Below are positions 1-10,508 of a stretch of DNA of 64,000 nucleotides, piece after piece. Positions within the stretch are counted from its first letter, which is position 1. Every line of letters starts with the position of its first letter. The translations under genes were made by a program, and so were the position numbers. The notes under the pieces are model-generated. The model ran no database searches, had not been told where the DNA came from, and saw only the letters and a list, made by a program, of their open reading frames with translations. Origin of the DNA: Escherichia coli (GTDB lineage Bacteria; Pseudomonadota; Gammaproteobacteria; Enterobacterales; Enterobacteriaceae); assembly GCF_030013205.1 (NCBI RefSeq), contig NZ_CP122648.1; one strand, written 5' to 3'.

Positions 1-273
1 AAAGATCTTCGGGTTGATAAGCGTGAAACCAGTAACCTTTTTCTTCTTCGGGAGTTTCTGGTCCGTCGGCGCGGAAAGTGGTTACGGGAGGGATTTGTAT
101 ATACCCATAATGACAACGTGCAAACTCAGATATATTTTTCCTGATTTGTTGATAGGTGGCATTAAAAGCATGAAGAATCGCTTCGCCAGGTTTTTTGGGG
201 GTGATGATTTCACATTGTGATTTCTGAACAGCAGTAAGAGATTTACGCTCAAGTGTTTGCCGTAGATGTTCTG
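1..273 (-). CDS. Partial gene of unknown function, truncated by the window edge and by IS1
   Basis: Hand translation of the minus strand shows one frame open across 1-273 (peptide ...PEHLRQTLERKSLTAVQKSQCEIITPKKPGEAILHAFNATYQQIRKNISEF...); the + strand 68-aa ORF here looks spurious. The reading frame runs into the first base of IS1. Confidence 0.3.
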
Positions 274-328
274 GGTGATGCTGCCAACTTACTGATTTAG
301 TGTATGATGGTGTTTTTGAGGTGCTCCA

Positions 329-604
329 GTGGCTTCTGTTTCTATCAGCTGTCCCTCCTGTTCAGCTACTGACGGGGTGGTGCGTAACGGCAAAAGCACC
401 GCCGGACATCAGCGCTATCTCTGCTCTCACTGCCGTAAAACATGGCAACTACAGTTCACTTACGCCGCCTCTCAGCCCGGTACGCACCAGAAAATCATTG
501 ATATGGCCATGAATGGCGTCGGATGTCGCGCCAGTGCACGCATTATTGGCGTTGGCCTCAACACGATTTTCCGCCACTTAAAAAACTCAGGCCGCAGTCG
601 GTAA
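329..604 (+). CDS. insA: IS1 InsA (transposition repressor / N-terminal part of InsAB' transposase)
   Basis: 91-aa [43 protein letters not shown]... (zinc finger plus HTH); A6C slippery motif near 580-586. Confidence 0.9.
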   Translation: MASVSISCPSCSATDGVVRNGKSTAGHQRYLCSHCRKTWQLQFTYAASQPGTHQKIIDMAMNGVGCRASARIIGVGLNTIFRHLKNSGRSR

Positions 605-1026
605 CCTCGCGCATACAACCGGGCAGTGATGTGATTGTCTGCGCTGAAATGGACGAACAGTGGGGCTACGTCGGTGCTAAATCACGTCAGCGCTGGCTGT
701 TTTACGCGTATGACAGGATGCGGAGGACGGTTGTGGCGCACGTCTTCGGTGAACGCACTCTGGCCACACTGGAGCGTCTTCTGAGCCTGCTGTCGGCCTT
801 TGAGGTCGTGGTATGGATGACGGATGGCTGGCCGCTGTATGAATCACGCCTGAAGGGAAAGCTGCACGTTATCAGCAAGCGTTATACTCAGCGCATTGAG
901 CGGCATAACCTGAATCTGAGACAACATCTGGCAAGGCTGGGACGGAAGTCACTGTCGTTCTCAAAATCGGTGGAGCTGCATGACAAGGTCATCGGGCATT
1001 ATCTGAACATAAAACACTATCAGTAA
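523..1026 (+). CDS. insB: IS1 InsB reading frame (expressed as the InsAB' fusion by -1 frameshift)
   Basis: 167-aa ORF overlapping the insA 3' end in the -1 frame; sequence ...[22 protein letters not shown]... Confidence 0.85.
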   Translation: MSRQCTHYWRWPQHDFPPLKKLRPQSVTSRIQPGSDVIVCAEMDEQWGYVGAKSRQRWLFYAYDRMRRTVVAHVFGERTLATLERLLSLLSAFEVVVWMTDGWPLYESRLKGKLHVISKRYTQRIERHNLNLRQHLARLGRKSLSFSKSVELHDKVIGHYLNIKHYQ

Positions 1027-1036
1027 GTTGGAGTCA

Positions 1037-1648
1037 TTACCCAATTTTTGAACTGTCTTTAAGATGAATATTACGGATAAGAAAACGAATGTAGTTATCG
1101 TTTTTAGATTCCCAGTGCGTATATTTACCAACTATGCTATTATTTTCTGACTGCCAGTGATCGAATGCTGTCTGTCCACTTATATTTTTATGATTAATGT
1201 CGCAACCAGCCTCAATTAGTGCATCGTACACATATCCTTCAAATGGAATGAAAAGAAAGGAATTGCCATAGCTATCTTTGGTATGGATATCTAGTCCTGC
1301 TTTGATAAGATATTTTACTAACCCTGGTGAAACATCAATATGTTGAATCGCAAGGGTGCCTGACTTATTCCGGTGGTTAACATTAATACCATTGCTGACA
1401 AGAAGTTCCACTGTTTCAACATTTTGAGCATAGAATAATGCATTATTACCGTCATTATCCAAGTGGTGAATGTCAATGTCAGCGTCAATCATTGCCTGTA
1501 TAGCTTCAGGTACATTACAGGTAAAAAGAGCAGTTTGACCTTTACTATTGCACATATTTATATCCATGCCAGCCTTAAGGCAACGAAGGACACCATTTTT
1601 AGACTTTACACGGAATAGGTTATTTTTATTATTTTCTCTTGATATCAT
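1037..1648 (-). CDS. Ankyrin-repeat protein; its stop codon lies inside the IS1 terminal repeat, so the C-terminus may be truncated
   Basis: 203-aa ORF with repeated ankyrin-like units (GQTALFTC..., DGNNALFYAQ..., SGTLAIQH..., YGNSFLF..., SGQTAFDHW); stop codon at 1037-1039 is within the last 5 bp of IS1; AT-rich DNA. Confidence 0.7.
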   Translation of the reverse strand: MISRENNKNNLFRVKSKNGVLRCLKAGMDINMCNSKGQTALFTCNVPEAIQAMIDADIDIHHLDNDGNNALFYAQNVETVELLVSNGINVNHRNKSGTLAIQHIDVSPGLVKYLIKAGLDIHTKDSYGNSFLFIPFEGYVYDALIEAGCDINHKNISGQTAFDHWQSENNSIVGKYTHWESKNDNYIRFLIRNIHLKDSSKIG

Positions 1649-2167
1649 TGTTTATCTCCTTTTTTGTTGTTTTCAAGATATTAATGACACCAGATTTTAC
1701 GGTATTCAAATTTATTTTTGTTTTATTAGGGGGTATCTGATTTGGTTTGCTTAAGGTTATTCTTAACTTAATGGAACATAGGGACGTTAAGGTTATCCTA
1801 TGTGATGTGGATTAACCATTTTCACAAGAATATTTATCCATATTGGAACTAATCTGTATAAAGGAGATAATTAGAGGCTCAGATATTAATACTATAGAGA
1901 GTAATGCTATAGGATATGGAAAAGATCATGTAATATAATGGTGGTTATTAATGTTCATCTTAATTTTGGAAATTAAATGAGTAGTGTTTTTTATGAGGTT
2001 TTTTGCTGTTGATAATTCTTATTAAAATTTGAAGAGCATCCTTTAAGTTATTCGGCTTGAGGATGCTCATTTAAAATTTAAGCAGCGTAGTCTTTTTCAA
2101 CAGCCAGGAAGGGGTGATGCTGCCAACTTACTGATTTAGTGTATGATGGTGTTTTTGAGGTGCTCCA

Positions 2168-2569
2168 GTGGCTTCTGTTTATATCAGCTGTCCCTCCTGT
2201 TCAGCTACTGACGGGGTGGTGCGTAACGGTAAAAGTACTGCCGGACATCAGCGCTATCTCTGCTCTCACTGCCGTAAAACATGGCAACTGCAGTTCACTT
2301 ACACCGCTTCTCAACCCGGTACGCACCAGAAAATCATTGATATGGCCATGAATGGCGTTGGCCTCAACACGATTTTACGTCACTTAAAAAACTCAGGCCG
2401 CAGTCGGCAACCTCGCGCATACAGCCGGGCAGTGACATCATCGTCTGCGCGGAAATGGACGAACAGTGGGGCTACGTCGGGGCTAAATCGCGGCAGCGCT
2501 GGCTGTTTTACGCGTATGACAGGCTCTGGAAGACGGTTGTTGCGCACGTATTCGGTGAACGCACTATAG
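2168..2569 (+). CDS. insA: IS1 InsA variant (11-aa deletion, read-through)
   Basis: [19 protein letters not shown]...[16 protein letters not shown] lacks [11 protein letters not shown] and continues past the usual stop (TAA changed to CAA). Confidence 0.7.
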   Translation: MASVYISCPSCSATDGVVRNGKSTAGHQRYLCSHCRKTWQLQFTYTASQPGTHQKIIDMAMNGVGLNTILRHLKNSGRSRQPRAYSRAVTSSSARKWTNSGATSGLNRGSAGCFTRMTGSGRRLLRTYSVNAL

Positions 2570-2832
2570 CGACGCTGGAGCGTCTTATGAGCCTGCTGTC
2601 ACCCTTTGACGTGGTGATATGGATGACGGATGGCTGGCCGCTGTATGAATCCCGCCTGAAGGGAAAGCTGCATGTAATCAGCAAGCGATATACGCAGCGA
2701 ATTGAGCGGCATAACCTGAATCTGAGGCAGCATCTGGCACGGCTGGGACGGAAGTCGCTGTCGTTCTCAAAATCGGTGGAGCTGCATGACAAAGTAATCG
2801 GGCATTATCTGAACATAAAACACTATCAATAA
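2455..2832 (+). CDS. insB: IS1 InsB frame of the variant copy
   Basis: 125-aa [30 protein letters not shown]..., near-identical to copy 1 InsB. Confidence 0.7.
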   Translation: MDEQWGYVGAKSRQRWLFYAYDRLWKTVVAHVFGERTIATLERLMSLLSPFDVVIWMTDGWPLYESRLKGKLHVISKRYTQRIERHNLNLRQHLARLGRKSLSFSKSVELHDKVIGHYLNIKHYQ

Positions 2833-2877
2833 GTTGGGACCATTACCAAATAGTTTATATGCTAAAAATTTAGGGAA

Positions 2878-5800
2878 TCATTTTCCTAATTCTCCAGCTA
2901 AAAGTTCAGCCTGCTTCAAAACAGTCTCTGTGGCGAGCAATGACATATCAGGCGGATAACCATATTTTTTGAGCAGACGTTTTACCACCACGCGAATTTT
3001 TGCTCTTGCTGCTTCTTTCACTGTCCAGTCAAGACTGACATTGTTGCGGATAGCCTCCGTAAGTACGACTGCCAGTTCTCGTAGTTTTTCCTTTTCCATT
3101 AACTCGCGAGCACTGTCGTTATCTGCAACAGCAGAATAGAAGGCATATTCATAAGCGCTGAGGTTTAACTGGCTGGCAAGGCTGTCAGATTCCTGGATAG
3201 TCTTGGCAAGCTTGATTAGCTCATCAATTACCTCCGCTGCGGTCAGTACCTTGTTCTGGTAGCCATTGATTGCAGAGGTCAGCATATCAATCAGTTTTTT
3301 GCCTTGGGTGATACTTTGATTCGAGCGAACCTTGATCTCGTCAGAAAGCAGTTTTTTAAGCGTTTCCAAAGCAATATTTCTGTGTTGGTAATCCTTCATT
3401 TCCTGAAGGAATTCTTCAGAAAGAACGGAAATATCAGGTTTTTGTATCCCAGCAGCGTCAAAAATATCAACAACTTTATCGGTAACCAGAGCCTGATCGA
3501 TAGTCTGTTTTACCCGAACTTCGAGACTGTCATTGTGTTCTTCTTCTGATCCGTCTGAGTTTTCAGTAAATTTATTCAGTCTGGCTTTTACTGCCTGGAA
3601 GAATGCTACTTCGGGTGCCGCTTCCATTGCTTTATCGTGCGGTGTCGCCAATGCAAATGCCTGCGATAAGGCTGCAACCGCAGCGAGGAAACGCATTTTA
3701 CCTTTACCGTTATCCAGCCCTAAAATATGGTTTTCTGATTCAAGAATAATTGTCAGGCGTTGTGAGGTAGTTGCGGCAAAGTAAGCTTTGTAATCGTATC
3801 CATGCATCATGCCTTCCAGGATTTCCAGCTTTTCCTGCATGAGCGTTACGGCTTCTTCCTGAACCTCAGCAGGATCTCCACGTCCACCTGCATCAGAGTA
3901 AAAGGAGAGGGCTTCTTTTAAATCAGAGGCAATGCCCAGATAGTCAACAACCAGACCGCCTATCTTATCTTTATACACACGGTTCACACGGGCAATTGCC
4001 TGCATAAGGTTGTGGCCTTTCATTGGTTTGTCGATATACAGCGTATGCATGCTGGGAGCGTCGAAGCCGGTTAACCACATATCACGCACTATCACCAGTT
4101 TCAGCTTGTCGTCGTCATCCTTCATACGGTTAGCCAGAACCTGACGTTCTTTTTTTGTGGTGTGGTGTTTGGCAATTTCTGGCCCGTCAGCAGCAGAAGA
4201 GGTCATGACGACTTTTATTATACCGTCATTTAAATCATCGCTGTGCCATTCAGGTTTTAAGGCTATGATTTCTTTATATAGTTCAGCAGCAATACGGCGG
4301 GACATGGTAACAATCATGCCCTTACCATGATCGGCATTGGATTTTAAGCGCTGCTCAAAGTGCAGAACCATATCCGCCGCAATCGCTTTAATACGTTTTG
4401 AACTGCCAATCAAACCTTCGATTCTGGCCCATTTAGAACGTTCTTTTTGCGTGAGCGTCAGTTCGTCCTCGTTAAACTCATCATCAAAGTCTTCAATAAG
4501 CTGACGACCTTCATCACTGATGGCAATTTTGGCAAGACGGCTTTCATAAAAGATACGAACTGTTGCACCATCTTCAACGGCCTGCGAGATATCGTAGATA
4601 TCAACATAGTTACCAAAAACAGCAGGCGTGTTGACGTCCGTTTTTTCTATGGGGGTTCCGGTAAAGCCGAGATAGGTCGCATTAGGTAAGGCATCACGCA
4701 TATATTTGGCAAAGCCGTAAACGGTGCGTTTACCTGTTACGTTGCCTTCGCTGTCTTTCACGTCAACTTCTTTGGCGCTGAAACCGTACTGGGAACGGTG
4801 TGCTTCATCAGCGATAACGACAATATTGGTTCTGTCTGACAACAACTCATAGATATTGCTGCCATCATCAGGCTGGAATTTTTGAATAGTAGTAAACACC
4901 ACACCGCCAGAGGCGACACGCAAATATTCTTTGAGTTCTTCCCGGTTGTTGGCCTGTTTTGGTGTCTGACGAAGTAGCTGGGTCGCGGAAGAGAACGTAC
5001 CGAATAGCTGATCATCTAAGTCGTTACGGTCAGTAATCACAACAACTGTCGGATTATCCAGCGCCAGCACAATTTTCCCGGTATAAAACACCATCGAAAG
5101 CGATTTACCGGAACCCTGAGTATGCCAGACTACGCCCGCTTTGCGATCTCCGGTTTTTTGCGCATTAACAAGATCTTTACTGTTACGTCCCTGCTGGCGC
5201 AGTGCCACTTCGGCAGAGGGGGAGTCCGCATTCACCGCTGAGGCACGAATAGTGGAAAGAACTGCTGCATTGACCGCGTAGTACTGGTGATAAGCCGCCA
5301 TTTTTTAACAGTACGGATACTGATAATCCCTTTGCTGTCTTCATGTTTGCTGGCCTCAAACACGATAAAGTGGCGGATTATATCCAGCAGCGTTACAGGA
5401 TTAAGCAACCCCTGTAATAAAACTTCAAGCTGTGGTTGGGTACTGGTGGCTTGCGTTTTACCGTTAGCAGTTTTCCACGTCATATAACGACTGAAATCGG
5501 CAGAAACCGTCCCCGCTTTGGCTTCCAGCCCGTCAGATATCACATTAAAAGCATTGTAGTTAAACAGACCGGGGATTTGGTTCTGATAGGTTTTAATCTG
5601 ATTATAGGCACCTGTTACCGTTGCATTTTCGTCAGCGGCATTTTTAAGTTCGATAACGACTAATGGCAGGCCATTGATGAATAAAATAAGATCAGGTCGG
5701 CGGGTATGGTTGCCTTCTTTGATGGTGAGCTGATTAATGACCAGAAATGCATTATTAGTGGGATCGTTAAAGTCGATCAGGCTGGCCAGTTCTCCTTGTG

Positions 5801-6116
5801 TATTACCATCCTTGCTGACTTCGATATTGATTCCTTCGGTCAAAAGGCGATGAAAGGTTAGATTGTTTGCCATTAGGTCAGGTGAGCTGATCTGCATCAC
5901 CTGTTTTAGAGCTTCTTCACACTTCTGCTCACTAAGGTGCGGGTTAATTCGTTGCAATGCTGTACGCACTTTATCTTCAAGGATAACCTGCTGATAGCTA
6001 CGTAACGGATTGATTCCACTGGGTTCAATGTCCGGGCCGTAAACATACTCATAGCCCAGCCCTTGCAGGTGCTCAATTGCCATTACTTCAATATCGGATT
6101 CGGTCATCTTTGCCAT
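2878..6116 (-). pseudogene. hsdR: Type I restriction enzyme R subunit (HsdR), split by a -1 frameshift in a homopolymer tract
   Basis: Two overlapping ORFs: 5232-6116 (N-terminal 294 aa) and 2878-5301 (807 aa with Walker A TQGSGKS and DEAD-like VIADEAHR). The junction is a 6-nt T run at 5301-5306 (A6 on the coding strand); adding one A would join the frames as ...[15 protein letters not shown]... Confidence 0.85.
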
Positions 6117-6174
6117 GCGTACTGTCCTTATTGCCGCTTAACCAGAGAGCGGGCTGTACACCCGCATAATTATT

Positions 6175-7368
6175 TTATGCTACTGATGCGATTGCTTCTT
6201 CCGCATACTGAACCCGTACTTCGCCGCTCATCAGTTTGGGAAGGAGAGTGTCGCGCAGAGATTCTATGTTTTTAATTTGTGAGTTGTTAATACTTATTTT
6301 TTTCCAGAAGAAATCAATCTGTGTAGTGAATTCTTTCACCATACACTCCGGGGGGAGTTTGAATTCTGGGCGTTGTAATCCGTCAGCCGACAGCTGATTT
6401 ACAGTTGAACCGTTAGTTGCAGCAACAACTTGCTCATGCATATCTTTGGAGCAAAGTAAATAGTACAGAAAAGCATTGGTTAAGTAACTATCGTCATTGA
6501 TGCTGATTTTAAATAAATGATGCGTATATATGGATAATTCGCTTTCTGTTTTTGGAATTATAGCAGGATACCCTATGAGTCGATATTCATGGCCCTGTTC
6601 TGTATTGGCTACAATGATATCCCCAGGCTTTATAATATGCCTTTCTTTAAAATCACCATTGTAGTATTTTATACCTGCACTCTTATAACCACCGCCCTCA
6701 AGTACTGAGTTCAAACTAAAAAGTGGAATGCCGTTATCTGACGTGGTAAGGCCGGCTCCCTTGTAGCTTAATCCCTTAGCTACTGTAATATGACAATCAA
6801 GAGTCGTTATTTCCCAATCCGCATGCGTCTCTTCAATAAACCACTGTCTAAATAGGGTTTCTGCCATGGATTCCAGAGTTTTATTCTGGCGATGAAGCAG
6901 GTCTATTTTGTCTTTAAGAGAGGACAAAATAGAGGCGATGGCTTTTTGTTCAGATTCATCAATTGGTAAGTAAAGAGGAATCAAATTTAGCGATGCTTTA
7001 TTTAATTTTGGTTGAGCAGCACCTGTTAAATAAGGAGATAGATCAAGTTGTGAAAAATATTGGATTATCAATGCCGTTAAATGGGGCTTTTTAGCTTTAA
7101 GGACATGAGCGTGATTATTAACCCAAAATTTTCCAGTAGCTTCAAATGCTATAGGTGTTTTTCTGGACTTTAAGTTTTCTCCATCTTCAGAAATAAGGAT
7201 GTAGCTGCCATCAAAAATATAATTGTCGATATAATCGACAATTCCTGACGCTCCATAATATGGAAAATTTCCTTTCTTATGGGCTCGTTCCATAGCACTC
7301 AAAGGAATTCTTTGTGCGTTGCAAAAATCTGCTAATTCAGTTATACAAAAATTTCTCCACCTACTCAT
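6175..7368 (-). CDS. hsdS: Type I R-M specificity subunit (HsdS)
   Basis: 397-aa ORF between hsdM and hsdR; its start overlaps the hsdM stop (ATGA); two-target-recognition-domain architecture inferred from length and position. Confidence 0.8.
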   Translation of the reverse strand: MSRWRNFCITELADFCNAQRIPLSAMERAHKKGNFPYYGASGIVDYIDNYIFDGSYILISEDGENLKSRKTPIAFEATGKFWVNNHAHVLKAKKPHLTALIIQYFSQLDLSPYLTGAAQPKLNKASLNLIPLYLPIDESEQKAIASILSSLKDKIDLLHRQNKTLESMAETLFRQWFIEETHADWEITTLDCHITVAKGLSYKGAGLTTSDNGIPLFSLNSVLEGGGYKSAGIKYYNGDFKERHIIKPGDIIVANTEQGHEYRLIGYPAIIPKTESELSIYTHHLFKISINDDSYLTNAFLYYLLCSKDMHEQVVAATNGSTVNQLSADGLQRPEFKLPPECMVKEFTTQIDFFWKKISINNSQIKNIESLRDTLLPKLMSGEVRVQYAEEAIASVA

Positions 7369-8912
7369 AAAACCACCTTCGCCAGATTATCAACGATGGC
7401 TCTGTTCAGACGCGCCTCTTCTTCCAGTTGCGCTTCAAACTCAGCTTTAAGAGCCGTAAAGCGTTCTTTAAAGTCGAAATCGTCTTCTTCATCAGCAAGA
7501 CCAACATAACGGCCAGGTGTCAGCACATAATCGAGTTTAGCAACTTCAGCAATGTCTACTGACGCACAGAAACCAGCGACGTCTTCGTAGTCGCCACCTT
7601 TGTTACGCCAGTTATGATAGGTATCAGCGATGGTTTTTATATCGTCGTCAGAAAGTACTTTGGTACGACGATTAATTAAATGACCGAGATTACGGGCATC
7701 AATAAACAGAATTTCTTTACTACGATCACGATACTGGTTGCTGTTATGACGGTCACGGCGCATAAACCATAATGCAGCAGGGATCTGAGTATTCAGGAAC
7801 AGCTTTGCCGGTAAGTTGACGATACAGTCAATCACATTGGCATCTTTTACCAGTGCAGCACGAATATCACCTTCACCAGAGCTTTTAGAAGTTAATGCCC
7901 CTTTTGCCAGAACAACACCCGCTTGCCCTTTAGGAGACAAGTGATACAAAAAATGTTGCATCCATGCAAAGTTAGCGTTGCCAGCAGGTGGAATGCCATA
8001 TTGCCAGCGGGCATCACCACGAAGCTGCTCACCAGACCAGTCGGAAACGTTAAACGGTGGGTTAGCTATGATAAAATCAGATTTCAAATCTTTGTGAGCA
8101 TCGTTAAGAAATGAACCTTCATTATTCCAGCGAACGTGTTCAGAATTAATCCCACGAATTGCCAGGTTCATTTTTGCCAGACGCCAAGTGGTCTGGTTGG
8201 ACTCCTGCCCATAGATCGAAATATCGTCAATATTTCCCTGATGTGCTTCTACAAATTTTTCTGACTGAACGAACATACCACCAGAACCACAGCAGGGATC
8301 AAAGACACGGCCTTTATAGGGTTCCAGCATGTTAACCAGCAGGCTTACAATAGATTTTGGCGTATAGAACTGGCCGCCTTGTTTGCCTTCTGCCAGTGCA
8401 AATTCACCTAGGAAGTATTCGAATACGTGACCTAAAACGTCAGCAGAGCGTGCTTTGGCATCTCCTAGTGCAATGTTGCCAATCAGATCTATCAGCTCAC
8501 CCAGAACAGTGGCGTCGAGGTTTTGTCGGGCATAGACTTTCGGCAACACACCTTTTAACTGTGGATTGCCCGCTTCGATAAGCTCCATCGCATCATCAAC
8601 CATCTTACCGATTTCAGGAAGCTTGGCCTTAGAAATCAGATAGTTCCAACGTGCAAGCTCAGGGACAAAGAAAACGTTGTAAGCGGTGTACTCGTCTTTG
8701 TCTTCCGGATCAGCACCTGCGAACTCGCCTTTACCGGCTTTCAGCAACTCATAATGAGATTCAAAAGAATCAGAAATGTACTTAAGGAAAATGAGGCCTA
8801 GTACGACGTGCTTGTACTCGGCTGCATCAATGTTTTTACGCAGTTTGTCTGCCGCTTTCCACAGGATGACCTCTAACGGGTCTGTTTTGATTTCTTTAGG
8901 TTTTCTGGCCAT
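7365..8912 (-). CDS. hsdM: Type I R-M N6-adenine DNA methyltransferase subunit (HsdM)
   Basis: 515-aa ORF with SAM-binding [11 protein letters not shown] and catalytic NPPF motifs. Confidence 0.9.
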   Translation of the reverse strand: MARKPKEIKTDPLEVILWKAADKLRKNIDAAEYKHVVLGLIFLKYISDSFESHYELLKAGKGEFAGADPEDKDEYTAYNVFFVPELARWNYLISKAKLPEIGKMVDDAMELIEAGNPQLKGVLPKVYARQNLDATVLGELIDLIGNIALGDAKARSADVLGHVFEYFLGEFALAEGKQGGQFYTPKSIVSLLVNMLEPYKGRVFDPCCGSGGMFVQSEKFVEAHQGNIDDISIYGQESNQTTWRLAKMNLAIRGINSEHVRWNNEGSFLNDAHKDLKSDFIIANPPFNVSDWSGEQLRGDARWQYGIPPAGNANFAWMQHFLYHLSPKGQAGVVLAKGALTSKSSGEGDIRAALVKDANVIDCIVNLPAKLFLNTQIPAALWFMRRDRHNSNQYRDRSKEILFIDARNLGHLINRRTKVLSDDDIKTIADTYHNWRNKGGDYEDVAGFCASVDIAEVAKLDYVLTPGRYVGLADEEDDFDFKERFTALKAEFEAQLEEEARLNRAIVDNLAKVVL

Positions 8913-9075
8913 TAGCGTAACCTTATGAAGGGGGAAGATGGCCCTATTTTGCCTTAAAGTTCCGCTTGTTACGAGCTTATACAGCGATTAATTATTATCT
9001 GGTTTTAGTGTGTTCGTGTAGCTCAGCAAGTGCAATGACTCATGGAGTAAATGCTTTGTAGCGGGATTGTAGATG

Positions 9076-9393
9076 TCAGGTCATTGCCGTCAATGGAGCC
9101 AGTGTCATTGGCATAATTGCTGCACAGCCGATGCCACGCGCACATTCGCTAGTTCACTGTGGTTCATCGTGTGTACTACACCAGTACGCAGTCCGGGAAG
9201 TAACGGCATGGCAGAATCGTTTGTAAAGACGTTCAAGCGGGATTATGTGTACGTAGATGATCTGCTGGATGCAGTCTAAATGATGGAAACAATGGCAGAA
9301 TAGATAGAGGATTATAATAATCTGCATCCACACAAGGGGTTGAACATGAAATCGCCACGCGAATATCGTGATGCCATATTAGCAGTTAATTAG
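9076..9393 (+). pseudogene. IS2-like (IS3 family) transposase 3' remnant, truncated and interrupted by stop codons
   Basis: Translation ...VRSPGSNGMAESFVKTFKRDYV... then, after stops, ...IEDYNNLHPHKGLNMKSPREYRD... matches the C-terminus of IS2 InsD as I recall it ([20 protein letters not shown]...YNEWHPHSALGYRSPREY). Confidence 0.55.
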
Positions 9394-10508
9394 CCGTGTC
9401 CGTTTTAGCAGGGACAACTCCAGTATTCAAAAAAGCTTTCTTAGTGCATATGCATGAGGTGAATAGATGTACAGGCTATGACAAACCATAGTTGTAATTT
9501 TTAATGTTTAAAATTCTCCGTTACAGTAGGACATTCCTTGTACATTAAATTCCATCTAAGGTTGAATTTTTAATTTAATAAGGTCGCAATCTAAAATGAT
9601 GTGTATGGGGTTATTTGTAAGATGATTTTTTATTTTTGATAGTGGTGATTAAGGGAGCGGGTAATGTTTGTCTATTCAAAAATATAGAGATTCAAGGTTG
9701 GTAGCAGTTTGGCTTCTTTTATAACCGAAGGGCAGAAAAGCAAGGGGAACTCGAAGAAGCAAGCGCAGCGGCTTCGCAGAGTTAGCCCTTGCTTCTCTTA
9801 TAATTGGCATTATTCATTCAAGAACAATAGGATCTTCGCTTGTACAAGCGAAGCTATAATAAAAACAATCAATTAATAATTTTAAAAGTATTAAACAAGA
9901 ACCTATTGACATTCATAAAATACAAGTTATTTATAATGTATGCCATAAATAAAAAGTTTTATGTCATATGTATCCTGCACTATGTGCAGTTAATGTACCA
10001 CTTGTCCCATAGATGGGAATATTGGAAAGGTTACTTTGTTTTGAAGTAGCCTTTCGTCCTTCAATATTAACGATTACTTATTGCTATTACCAAGTCCAGT
10101 CGAATCGAAGAACATCTTTTATCTGAAACGACTCCTAATACCCGGTTAAAGCCACAATATCTCTCGCATACGTAGACCAAAGAAAAATTATGATATTAAC
10201 TATGTGATTTTTTTTAGTGTTAAGTTGAATAATTAAATACTGGAGAGTTTTCTGTGCACTACCAATTGCTGGTTCATCTGTTCTGCCGCTGATGTTTCTG
10301 ACGAATCTCCCGGTGACACAGAACTGTCCCTCTCTACCAGCCTTTATTCGACTCAATGTCCGGCTGCTGATACGCAGTTATCCCTTCGTATCAATGACTG
10401 ACACTTAAACGTAATGCTTTGGTTGCTGGCGTATCTGACAGCTTCTTCGGCGTGAAGGTCGTTGTGTAAGTATACTTCTTGGTTTATTTAGGCTATATAA
10501 AACCATGA

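Larger units (their letters stand above)
274..1041 (+). mobile_element. IS1: IS1 insertion sequence, full length (768 bp)
   Basis: Starts GGTGATGCTGCCAACTTACTGAT and ends ...GTTGGAGTCATTACC (canonical IS1 inverted repeats); encodes insA and insB frames. Confidence 0.95.
2113..2847 (+). mobile_element. IS1: IS1 variant copy (735 bp) with a 33-bp in-frame internal deletion and loss of the insA stop codon
   Basis: Same terminal repeats as copy 1; ATGGCGTTGGCCTCAAC replaces a 50-bp stretch of copy 1; insA reads through (133 aa). Confidence 0.9.

Noticed and set aside
14-220. 68-aa + strand ORF at the left edge
   Set aside because: The opposite strand carries a longer stop-free frame across the whole segment with more protein-like sequence; the + ORF is likely an antisense artefact.
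274-2847. The IS1 pair as a clean composite transposon mobilising the ankyrin gene
   Set aside because: The copies lack matching target-site duplications and the ankyrin gene is truncated at the IS boundary; a rearranged remnant is more likely than an intact composite transposon.
10135-10356. 73-aa ORF in the AT-rich spacer
   Set aside because: No ribosome-binding site context, an implausible sequence, and a location in apparently non-coding AT-rich DNA.
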